A DNA stretch of 63,713 bases, counting the filler, from Craspedostauros australis (lineage: Eukaryota), in NCBI GenBank assembly GCA_030167865.1. It is 11 parts of 11 records of this genome, joined end to end, with 100 filler letters (N's around TTAATTAATTAA, not from the genome) between each part and the next. Parts side by side here need not be neighbours in the genome. Positions count along the whole stretch, not along the records: positions 46,937 to 56,988 come from JALAGF010005914.1; positions 57,089 to 61,854 come from JALAGF010005917.1; 9 more parts are not named here. One strand, given 5' to 3'. Both the position numbers and the translations under genes were made by a program. Shown here piece after piece: positions 50,078 to 61,954 of this stretch (within the stretch, counting starts at the first letter, position 1; the number at the start of each line of letters is the position of its first letter). Below the pieces are notes generated by a model. That model did no database searches. It saw only the letters and a program-made list of their open reading frames with translations, and was not told the origin of the DNA.

Positions 50078-52961
50078 AAAGCCTGCCCTCTACAACGCCC
50101 AACGAGCAAGCGCAAACCTTCCAGGCAGCCGTGGACCACTGGGACGGCCTTCTCACCGCCACTGGCGGGGCACTGGAGCCGTCCAAGAGCTTCTGGCAAC
50201 TCATACGGTTCAAATGGCAGCGCACGAAGTGGGTCTACGACACCAAGACGCCCACCACGAGCGTCTGCATGAACACCCCGTCCGGAGAACGCACCCAACT
50301 CGCCCTCACCGGCCCCCGGTCGGCCTCCAAATACCTAGGCATGGTGTCCCGGCGAGACGGGCGGCAGTCCGAACACGCACAATATCTGCTCCAGAAATCC
50401 CACACCTGGGCGGCACGCATCCGAGCGTCTCGCATCACCTGACAAGACACAGAGGTGGCTATCAAATCTGTACTATGGCCATCGCTGCAATTTTTGTCTC
50501 CGGCGACCACAATGTCCACAGACCAATGGAACAAAGTGATGAGCACAGCACTCACGACCGCACTGCCGGCCATGGGAATCGCCCGCACCATTGCACGCCA
50601 GTACGTGTTCGGCCACAAAGACGCCATGGGAATGGGAGTACTGCACCTGTACACAGCCCAGGTGACGTCTCACTTGGAAATGATTCTCAAGCACTTTGAA
50701 CGCCCCACAGAAACAGGACGACTCCTACGCACTTCACTGCATCATCTTGAGCTGTGGACGGGATTGCCGGGACTACTTCAACAGCATGAGAAAGCGTGGG
50801 GAAACTGGACCTGCTCCGGGTGGTGGCAAAACACATTCAAATCAGCGTCCAAGCTGGGCATCCTGATGAAGGACCAATCCCACCCATCCACAATCCCCCG
50901 GACCGGAGACAGCCCCATCATGCACCTCGCCATCACTTCCGACCTCCACAGACAGACTCTAGCGCTCGCCAACGTTGCCCGACTACACCTGCGAGTGCTC
51001 TGGCTATCAGACATCTCCACGGCCGACGGAAGCCAGATACGGCCAATGATCCTACAACGCGAAAGACTACCGGCGAGAGGCATCACCTGGCCCAGAGTTG
51101 GCAAGGTCACCAAGCGGGCGTGGGAGGCGTGGGAAGCGGTCCTGTCAAAGTGGTGGCCCCGGACCAGCCAGGATGGCACCTACGGACCCGACTCGGGCCA
51201 TGGCAAGGTGCACCGGCAGGGCGTGACACCCAACTACCGGACGGCACCATCTCCCCCTTCGACCGACCGGCTCCAACGACGGCCACAGACCCTCGCCCAG
51301 CCCTCGTGGTTGACCGCGCTCTTTGCAGATCCGGCATGGCCATCACATCCAGCGGGAGAATTGACAGATCACCAACACCCACCACCATACGAGAATGGCT
51401 GCATCGGAAAGGCCCCGCAGCGGCGACAATGCTCCCCAATATACACATCCGAGGCGATGTCTATGCAATAGTACGGTCCATCGCAGCCAGCACCTGTGTG
51501 GCGTGCAGCGACGCCTCGGCCAAAGACTACAAAGGATCTGCGGCGGCCATCATCCAGAGCGGCTTGCAGGATGATGCGCACCAGATCGTGGCGACAGCGG
51601 CCGTTCCCGAGGGCTCTCATCCAACCGACTCCAACAGAGCGGAGCTTGCAGGAGTCCTGATATCCATCTGGCTCATCACCTCGGTAGCAGAGTGGTCTGA
51701 CATCCATGGCAGCGCCACCGTCGCCTGCGACAACAACAGGGCACTGCAAGCGATAGACTTTGACAGGTGGCCAGAGCCACGAAGAAAGGACTTTGACCTG
51801 TGGTCCGAAGTGGTCCGCAACCTCCGCCAGGCCAGAGTCAGATTCACTCCCCAGGAAGTCAAGGGGCACGCAGACGACTCAGACGAGCCCATCACCGCCT
51901 GGGAGTCACTGAGCGTCCTCGCCAATGGCTATGCCGGATACCACTGGGATCAGTTCTATACAGGCCGGCCCCGAGCCCCAGCAACAGTGATACCTACGGC
52001 AGGATGGACCCTAAGCACCGCGGCCGGACCCCTCACAGATCTCGACTACTGGACGGTGTCGTCTCTCATCGACAATGGCGGCATCAAACAGAAGTGTTGC
52101 GAGAGATGGGGAGCCTCCAGCCCGACGAACGTGGATTGGGAGCCCATGCGCTCGGTCTCCCGGAGATGGAGCGGAGGCAAGCGGCGAACGTTGCTCAAGC
52201 TCATGACGGGCACCGGCGCCAGTGGCAAGAACATGCAGCGACGCCAGCAGGAGCAATCCGCAGAATGCCCCAGGTGCGGCAGGCCGGAAGACAACACACA
52301 CATCCTCATGTGTCCCAGCGCTGCGAGCCAGTCCATCTGGGCCAAAGCCATCCAGAAAGTTCGGTCAATCGTGAGACCGCCTACCACCCCTCCCGAAGTC
52401 GCTCAGCTCGTCTGCACGGCAATCAAACGCATAACCTCCAGAGGCATCCCTCCCTCGGGCATACGACCATCGCCGACTCAGAACATCCAGGTGAGACAGG
52501 CCAACGTTGGCTGGGTCGCTCTAATTTGGGGCGGTTGGTCCACCTCGTGGCGAGACCAGGCCCCTCCTATGGCTCCTCACCAGAGAAGACGTGCTCCCAA
52601 GCTGCTCCGAGACTGGCAAGTGAGCGTCACAAACTTCATGTGGCACACCGTCCTGCAGCAGTGGCACGACCGCAACGAAACCAAGGCGGAGCAGACGTCG
52701 CACGGCATGACGGCTCTTCTTCAACAACAGCTTCACCGCCTCCGTACAGCACCCACCAAAGCGATCCCAGAAATGCTGCGACCGCTATGGTCCAACCCAC
52801 CAGCGACAGCCCAAATCGCCGCCCTAATCCCATGGGTCCAAGCGATGCAGCAAGGACTCGGCCACGCGGCACCGAACATCCCGACCGTGCTCACCAACTG
52901 GATGAAGAACCAGCGACGCCGCCACCGAGCACCAGCCACCCACCCCTCAACCCTAGCCTGA
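50078..52961 (+). mobile_element. Non-LTR retrotransposon (Ambal-like) RT C-terminus, RNase H and Cys/His knuckle; disrupted
   Basis: WDGLLTATGGALEPSKSFW, KYLG, RLHLRVLWLSDI, RNase H CSDAS..DSNRAELAG..CDN..VKGHAD, CPRCGRPEDNTHILMC. TGA at 50440 and a frameshift near 51170-51200. Confidence 0.88.
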
Positions 52962-53769
52962 CACAGACTTGACCCCAGATCCACCACCTCCACACACAGA
53001 CACCAAGTGTCAATCCGTTCCCGCTGCGTGCCTACACGTTGAATCAATGAGGCGGAATAAAAGCGCCCTCGGCGCATGACCTAACAGTTATAATCCGTGT
53101 GTTATATATATATCGGAGGAGTGGCAATGTTGTCTGCTGGGGAAAAGGTATGGCAGGAATCGCAGGGTGGCTTGGTGGATTCGTCGGAGAAGAAGACAGT
53201 GTTGCGCTGGGATTGCCCATCTGTTGGTGTTGGGAATGGAGGAAAGTTCAGCTGTGGAATGGTTCTCTGGTTGCTGTCATCACCAGTGAAGAATGCACAA
53301 CCATGGCAACTACCTTGTGTGGTGGTGTCTCTGGAGAACTCTTGCGTGCTGCTGCTGTCAGTATAGGATTTGTGTGTTGGTGAAGGGATGGGGCTGACAG
53401 TGCTGCGATTTGTGGCATTCTCCTGACCAAACTGATGATTTGTGTCATGGTCCAATGAGGAGGCAGTGGTACCCAATGCAGGCAGATTGGGATTGCCCCA
53501 AATGTTGCTGCTGTTGCAGGATTTGTTGTTTCCAAGGAAGTCTCTGTAGGTTAGACTTCGCTCAGAATTGGATGTGTTGTTGTTATCTGCAAAGAAGATG
53601 GCAGAGGAAGGCATTCCATTGAGGAATATGATGTGTGGCCGTGAGCTGCTGTAGGGTGATCTGTCATATGCATGGTGCATGTGTGAGGGTGAGGTGGGCG
53701 ATGGGCCTGTGGGGGGTGCAGGCTTTTGGGAAGGCTTCTTTCAGGGATCAACCATGATGAAGCTGTTGA

Positions 53770-53950
53770 ATTGGGCGATGTCATGATGCTGCGATGATGT
53801 GATGTCGCAATGTTGGGATGCTGCAATGCTGTGATGCTGTGATGCTGCAATCTTGCAATGCTGCGATGCTGTGATGATGTGATGCTGTGATCTTGCGATG
53901 ACGCGATGCTGTGATGCTGTGACGCTCACATGATGCGATGCTCACATGCT
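53770..53950 (+). repeat. Degenerate 8-mer (GATGCTGT-like) tandem array
   Basis: gatgctgc aatgctgt gatgctgt gatgctgc aatcttgc..., roughly 20 imperfect units. Confidence 0.8.
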
Positions 53951-55587
53951 GTAATGCTCGTTTCATGGTAAGAGAAGCAGGCACCACAACCCGCAAGCAG
54001 CACATTGGTAGCAAGAGGCATGCTGATACGTAACAACAAAGGCATGACATGTGGGTGTTGGCAAGGAAGCGAATTCGAAAAACGAAAATGCGACCTCGCC
54101 AATTTGGCGATTCGCGTCTCGCCAATGGAATGAGCGACAGTCCCGCGCACGAAAAATCGATTCACAAGTACTTTAGGCAACTATATCAACCTAAAGACAA
54201 GTTGCAATATACCATGATGTCACTGAAAAATTGCTGAAAATTGGTATTTTCCCTTCATGCCCCCATTGACCGGTGACCGAATTGTCTGTACTACCACCAG
54301 TACACACGATTGAGCAACAAATGGACAGGCACTCTACCTCCAAAAGAGATTACATATGTGAAGGCATCTGTCTGCAAGAATACAAGTGCATGGCTCATCC
54401 TGCATGCACAGTTGATGCTTCTCACTTGCCTCTTNNNNNNNNNNNNNNNNNNNNNNNNNNNNNNNNNNNNNNNNNNNNNNNNNNCAGGATGTGCCGGTCT
54501 TGGATCAAAAGCAAGACTATCCTGCAAAATTGGAACAAGACTAAGACATGGAACACTCGCACCTTCACCCCAACAATTGGAGAATCAGCTCTCAAACCTG
54601 CCAAGAGCGATGAAGCATCGTGGTTTCATCGCCTGGGGATTGTGGAGCAATTTTTCAAATGTACAAGACCATGAACAGCGACAACCAACAGCAGAGCAGT
54701 GTGATGACCAGCCCATCTCGTTTTCCTCTCCAACCTTCAACCAAAACAATCTCATAAAAACAACAATCTTACAAAAACTCAAGCTTTACAACCACCAAAT
54801 CAACTCAAAACACATTCTCAATCGTCTCATCTACGTTCGTGGTCACACTACGTTTAACCGNGCTGACGTTGGCAGTTTCANTTCCCCTTTTGACCTGCCA
54901 AAGTCCGACACTGGAAGGCAAAGCCGGACACAACCGGACTTCATTTGCCCTCTATTCTCGCTAGACAGTAACAGACATATAAATGTGATAGCATGGTTGG
55001 AAAGAGGAGCTCGAGAGGATTAAGAATATGTAAAGAAACGAGGTTCCCACTTGTAGGCGTTGGGGTCGAAAGTTGGAATAGCCGATTATAAAATTTTATT
55101 GCCCAATTATTGGGCGTTGGGTCGTTAAGGGATAATTTATTTTAAGATAGTTGGAGGCTGTGCGCAAGACGATGTTTGGCGCTGGCAACGATGAGCACGG
55201 GAAACAATCGCAGATGAACAAAAGGATGAGAAGGGATGAGGAAACGAAGAAAAACAAAACAGGAATCCCAAATCTCGGAGGGGTTCGCGTCCGCTCCCGT
55301 GGTTTGGCCCGCACATGCGTCACAACGCATGGGGGTAGGTTCATGCGTCCTGAGGCATGGTCCCTTGGCCATGCGTTGCGAGGCACGAAAACACTCATTA
55401 GGGATATACTCTCTACACCATACAAGGATGATACAGGTCCTCGTCTTCAACATTGGCAGAAACGTACAATCGTATCCTGAATGGGGTCAAAATAAAGTAT
55501 ACTGCCCTGGTGGAATTCCTTCCACAACTGGAGTCCATTCGTTCGAGCTGACAGCGCAAAGCCCTTGGAACAGCACGCATCCAGCAT

Positions 55588-56988
55588 GTGTCCACCGATG
55601 GTATCAACGATCGCACAGTCCAACGAGAAGGAGGACGAGACGGCATCATGGGGACGGACACCACCAAATCCAGCCAAACAAACATCATCACCATGGAATC
55701 CATCAAAGATCTGTTGCGACATGAGCTGCGCCCCTTTCTCGAAGTGGCCATCCCAAGCATGCTGCTGCAAATCGGTCCCGTCTTCACCCCATTCGCAACC
55801 GCCAGTTGCATTGGACGGAGATTCGGCTCCGTCTACCTCAGCGGCTTCACGTTGGCCAACCTCACAGGCAACCTCTGTTCTTTGAGTCTTCTCGTTGGCC
55901 TCTACAGCGCATCTGACACGCTCGCGCCCCAGGCCTTCGGTGCAGGCAACTACAAGGAGGTTGGATTGCTCTGCATGAGAGGTTTCCTTGCAAGCATCGT
56001 GCTGCTCGCCATCGTCAACGTTCCATTAGTCTTTCACATGAGACCGCTGTTGGAAGCGCTCGGGCAGGACCCTGAAGCCGCCATGTACGCATCCCAATGG
56101 TACAACATCCTCGCGATCTCGCTGCCGTTCTTCTCCCTGTACAGTGCGATCTGGAAGTTCCTCGCAGCCCAGAACATCATGATGCCGGCGCTGTGTTCAT
56201 GCCTCATCTCATGTTTGATCATTCTTCCGATCACTCTGATCCTTTTCACTGAGTGGTACGGTTTCATCGGATCGGCGTATGCATTCCTCGTGTTTCAGAT
56301 ATCACAGGCAATGATTTTGGTTTTCATCGTGTGGTGGAAACAGCCACACGAGCCAAGGACATGGCCGGGACTGCAGTGTTGGCGAGAAGTGCTGAACTAC
56401 GAACGTTTCGTCGAGTATGTGTCATTGGGAGCTGGAGGTATGCTGGCACAATCCGAATGGGTGTACTGGGAGGCGCTGGGTCTGATCGTGGGCATGTTGG
56501 GAGTCATTCCACTCAGCGTCCATACCATCCCGACACAGATCATCATGGCACTCTCCATGGGTCCATCTGGCACCAGCACGGCTTTGTCCATCCGCATGGG
56601 CGTCTTGCTTCCAATCAACGTACAGCGGGCAAAGCTGTTGGTGGCTGTCACCATGACGATTGCAACCGTCTGCTACTTCATCACGTCAGTGCTGGTCTAT
56701 ATCTTCCGGTTCGAGCTGTTCTCCATCTTCACAACAGAACAGGAAGTCATCGATGGCGCGGACGAGATCTGGGTGAAGGTGTGCGGCTACGGCTTCTTCC
56801 TGATGGTGTTCCTCTGCTCCAACGGAATCGCCAACGGTCTGGGTTTGCAATGGACGTTGGGTGCGATCAATTTCTTCTTCCTGTGGGTGATTGGTCTCCC
56901 GGTCACATACTACGAGACGATCATCCAAGGTCATGGTCTCAGCGCGACATGGACCTGGATCGTGGTGCCATACTTCGGCATCCTCGTG
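55588..56988 (+). CDS. MATE family efflux transporter, 3' truncated
   Basis: About 12 hydrophobic helices; SASDTLAPQAFGAGNY, SEWVYWE, LSIRMG, NGIANGLG. Confidence 0.92.
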
Positions 56989-58658
56989 NNNNNNNNNNNN
57001 NNNNNNNNNNNNNNNNNNNNNNNNNNNNNNNNTTAATTAATTAANNNNNNNNNNNNNNNNNNNNNNNNNNNNNNNNNNNNNNNNNNNNTGAACGGAGTGT
57101 CGAATACGGAGTACGTATCGAACACGGAGTATCGTGTACGACGAGCACACGATGTTGAGAGAGAGAGAGAGAGAATACAGAGAGGAGCGAGAGAGCATCT
57201 CGCGTACCGACTCATAGTCGGAGACTGAATCTACGAAACAGATTGAAGCNNNNNNNNNNNNNNNNNNNNNNNNNGGCGTACACCGAGAGCATCGGAGTAG
57301 CCAAGTAATGAAATAGCAAACGAACGACTATCAACCAACACCATCTTCCACGATCGTAAGTTACCGTGCGCGGAACTTGCCAACACTCTGCGGAGCAAGA
57401 CGATTTGACGCATCTCCGCGAATCCATACTCGCACATTCGGTGATAAATCCCGCACGCCGCAACCAACTCCATCCTTGTTTTTACCATACGTAGATATGG
57501 CCAGCAGCATTGGTTGCCCACTACCATTGCGAGGTACTGATGCTTTCATCTGCACGGGGCATTCGGAGATGAGGCCGTCCGCGCAGCAAGCGCTTTCGAT
57601 AGCTTTGGTGGATGAAGAGCTCATCGATTCCACGTGCGAGCGAGTGGTTTCGCTACTCGTGCATACGACTACTCCTGATGCACATCTTCCTCTTCACATT
57701 GCCGCTGTGACGGTAGTCATCTTGTGAAATCGAGTGGAGACTAGCTCCATATCGAACTCTAACCCCACGCATCCGTCTCCGCCGTGGTGCATCCAGGCGA
57801 TTTCGTCATGAGCAGCAATACATCTTGCCTTGAGTGCGCTGACTTGAATGGGATAGAGAAAACGAAGAAGAACACAGTAGAGTAGAGGAGAGTATATCGC
57901 TCTATTGGCTGGGAGTAAGTTGGTAGAGTACGGCACAAGTAGGTGTGGTAACACGCTCGCCCAACGAACGGATCCGCACTTGGATCGGTTGGCGCGATGC
58001 GTGCTTCGTGGGCAGCATCTTTGCGACGAAAGCGTGCGCAATGGTGAAACTTGTGCTGTCCGCAAAGTTGACGAGCGACGGAAGGAACGCGAAATCTTGG
58101 CAGGTCCGTGTTTCGCAGGCAGCACCGGCGACCAGTTCTCCCAAAGATACTCCCTCAAAAGACCACAACCACTCACGAAGGCTCAACGTTCAACCTCGCC
58201 AAACACACACTCCGACAACAACAAAAGTGCTCAAGGAATCTTCGATCCTTCAAGATGATAGTGCCGGATCGGTGAAACGACACACAAGGGAAGCACACAT
58301 GGACTGACAGTGCTCCAGCGCTTTTGATGTCCGTATCTTCTCTTGTCATCACTGGAAGATGATTGGCGATCTCTCGTGGTCGCCACAGATCCAACCATTG
58401 TCAAATCCTTTCAGGTGACACGACGGGGAACAAAGCAAACAGAGCCGTTCATTAAGGATGGCTGAATGCGACGCAGCAATCGTTGTGTTTTCCATTGCAA
58501 AGGACAGGAAGTTGTCCACTCCTCCATTCCTCAGTCAGCTCATCTCACAGATCCAATCTCGACACAAAGCGAAACAGCAAACACATCAGCAAACCAACCA
58601 ACAGCAAACACTCCACACTCAAACAACCCAAAAAGCAGACAGCCGACAGCTTGTCAAC

Positions 58659-59992
58659 ACGAACTTCCGAAAGGCGACTTCCTTCATCATCGCTGCCATT
58701 GCCATGGTCGCCCACGGTGCCATGGCTGCAATTGGTGATGACTACATCGACTCCATCCCTGCCACCGTCTATGAGGCCGCCGATCTCTCTCCACAGAACA
58801 TGGACTATGAGTCCAGCGCCCATGGAGGATGGTACAACAATTGCCTCATCCAATACTACAAGTTCCGCATCTTCACTCCAGGCACCTACCCTGATCTCAT
58901 CAGCGGCCCACCAAACATGAGCACATCCTCAGATGTCCTGATCCAGAAGGTCATGATGGAAACCACCACCGAGACTTCACCGGTGTCGTCGAAAAGCCAA
59001 TTCTCGAGTTTCATACCAGTGATGGCAACTCTTACTCTGAAAGAGTGCCAGAGATGTCATCAACAGCGGCAACATTCTCAAGGAGACCGACATCATCATG
59101 AACTTCCTGGTCGTCCCAACTGGATCCTCCCTCCAGAGCCCAGTGGACAAGACCGGAACCCCCCCCCCCAGTCAAGCCCATCACCGCCTTCTACAAGGGA
59201 CAGAACGTTCAGATCTTCATCTTTGAGGTCAACAATCAAGCTGCATTTGACTACTTCAACCCTACCACCCGTGATCAGCCAGATGATGCCAACCACACCA
59301 TCCCAGTTGTTACCACCTTTGCCAGCAAGACCAATGTCACATGAATTCCACTGTGGCAAGTAAACCAGTTCACGTGCGGTGTGTCCGCTGAAAAGGGCAA
59401 CCAAGGCGGACCAAGCAATGCCGGCATGCGCAATCTGATCAACCTTGACCGTCCAGATGTGGGATACTCTCCACTGTGGCGGCTGGTCTGGGTCACCAAA
59501 CTCCCAATCGACTACATGGCCGATCAGATTACCATCAACACCAAGCTCACTGTGGCCAACAGAGCCACCTTCATCCCAACACCAATGTATGTGAACTGCC
59601 CAGATGTTGGTCCAGTCGGTACCGTCAACAACGCAGACCGCCAAGAAACACGCAAGCTGAAGCTCGATCTCGCCCAGGAATCCAACTTCATGCTTGGATC
59701 TCATGCTGACTTGCTATTGATGGCGGATTTGGACGTGAAGATCGCCACCGAAGATGACACCAAGGTGGCCGAGGGAAAGACCAACATCACGAGAGCATAC
59801 GAGATTGAGGTGAAGTCATCCGATATTCCAGATGGCACCACCAAGCTCAAGGTCATGTACGGGACCAAGGACATCTGCATGCTCGAGGTTGAGGATACAT
59901 CTTCTGGTGCATCCAGCATTAGCTCGACCATCATGTCACTCGGTATGGGTATGGGAATGGAAGCGACTTTGATGGCCGGTTCCATGGCATAA
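58659..59992 (+). pseudogene. Disrupted gene for a secreted, probably GPI-anchored protein with a YSPLW..VNCP domain
   Basis: ACG where a start is expected before signal peptide NFRKATSFIIAAIAMVAHGAMA; frameshifts near 58970-59170; TGA 59342; ORF 59381..59992 ends TSSGA plus hydrophobic tail. Confidence 0.6.
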
Positions 59993-60351
59993 GAAATGCT
60001 TGCCTGCAATCCATGAATGCCACGCATGTCTCGATAGCAGCAGAGAGATTTGGAGCACGAGATCACTGCTTGTTGCCGAGCGGAGGCGTGGCGTTGATCG
60101 GAAAGCCAAAAAATGAGTCGGCGGCTCTCCTTGGGCCATCGTCGAATACAAGTCCAAGTCCATGGCTGCATATAAACATAAACATACATAATAAGCACAC
60201 CCACATCGATTTGCGAAACTGAGACTGTCACAGCATGACATCGCTATCACTCGCTTCCATTATACTCAGTCGAATAGCATTCGCAAGTGTGCTGTCAAAG
60301 TTGCACGATGCAGAGAGCGTTGGAGCACCGTCGAGGGGTATCATGCAGCGC

Positions 60352-60725
60352 TAGTGTCTCGTGGCTTGAGTGGAGGCCAATTTTTTTGGTAACCATTGGT
60401 AACAATTGGTAACTAGTCGCATGAGTCAATTTTGACGTAGACGCTGGTACATTTTGTACGTCAGTCCCACGCAAACCAGCCCCAAAACCATCATTTTTGA
60501 NACAAACCTCCTCGGCAAGTCCATGCCGCTCCGTTTGTTTGGGCTCTCCTTTGGTGAGCACTCTCATGTGTGGCTTGTAATCTCACACCCCAACTATGGT
60601 GGCGATTGGTTGAGTAGTGGTCGAGATCTGTTTGTTTCTTTGAAGCAGGCACTCGTTGATCCCATTCACGAATGCCAATCACCGCGATGTATCGTGGCGA
60701 ATTTCTGTGTCCCCCAGCGCGTGTT
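60352..60725 (+). repeat. Dispersed repeat copy 2
   Basis: Homologous to 32460-32845. Confidence 0.85.
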
Positions 60726-61954
60726 AACACGCGGTGGAAATGATCACAAAACATTGTGGTGCCAACCGATGTGTTCTTCACATGCTATGATCAGTTCCTT
60801 ATATCCTGATATCATCCATTGCGACTTCGTTCATCGTATTGCATTGTAGTTGTTTGTGGTTGATTGCTTCTGCAATAGCGTTTTAGTTCTACTCCGGAAT
60901 TCCGTACACCAGCAACCGTCTTGGCAACAGCAACTTGGATGCATGTGTATCGTTGCGTCCATCCTGCTTGGGAGAGCAATGATCCCTTGGTTAGCATTCG
61001 CACACAAGAGCAGTCCAGAATAGAGCAGAGTCGACTGTTTGACATCGAGGAGTCCAATCTCGCCATGCTCTGATCGCTCTTCTNNNNNNNNNNNNNNNNN
61101 NNNNNNNNNNNNNNNNNNNNNNNNNNNNNNNNNNNNNNNNNNNNNNNNNNNNNNNNNNNNNNNNNNNNNNGTGATTTTTTGTTGCGTCAGGACGCAAAAT
61201 CACTGTTTTTTGTCTCCTGACGCAAAAGTACCCGGATGGATAAAATTGGTTGCGTCAGGACGCAAAATTGAATTTAACGTGGAGATTTAACACGGGGCGA
61301 AAAATGATGTGACTCACTCGAACACTCGTGAAAAAATCGTTCGCTGTCGTCATTTGTCGCCTGTGCTTTTGGACAAATACTGTGTGTTTTATCGTGTTGT
61401 TTTGTACTGATGGATGCAAATCTTATCTGCGCTTCACATCCAGCAACAATAGTATCGAAACAACTCTCTGAATGTTGCAATGCATATATTAGTGATTTAT
61501 GTGTTGTACATTGCCTTATTTNNNNNNNNNNNNNNNNNNNNNNNNNNNNNNNNNNNNNNNNNNNNNNNNNNNNNNNNNNNNNNNNNNNNNNNNNNNNNNN
61601 NNTGTGATCCTACCACTCTCCTTGCCAGCTTGGCTGCCTATGTTTGATACTTCTGTGTTCAAAGAGTGCTTCCAGTCACCCATCAGCTCCATGCTGTCTG
61701 TGGAGTTGGTTGAAGCACACACTTCGTGTCTTCGGCACGACGATTCGCCTCTGTACATTGACCATCAACAACTTGTTTGTCACGCAAGTACAAGGCTCTC
61801 GTTCATTCCGTATCGCTTCAAATCAAAAGGGATGCTCCTTCATTTGTCCTCACANNNNNNNNNNNNNNNNNNNNNNNNNNNNNNNNNNNNNNNNNNNNTT
61901 AATTAATTAANNNNNNNNNNNNNNNNNNNNNNNNNNNNNNNNNNNNNNNNNNNN

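Noticed and set aside
51800..52972. 390-aa alternative-frame ORF
   Set aside because: Overlaps the LINE RNase H frame in GC-rich sequence; no motifs.
57089..57140. Repeated CGAA(T/C)ACGGAGTA units, checked as a possible CRISPR-like array
   Set aside because: Only about three short adjacent units with no unique spacers and no cas genes; simple tandem repeat at a contig end.
22664..61910. Ten regularly recurring TTAATTAATTAA motifs
   Set aside because: Always centred in 44N+44N runs: artificial concatenation spacers. Gene neighbourhoods across them are meaningless.
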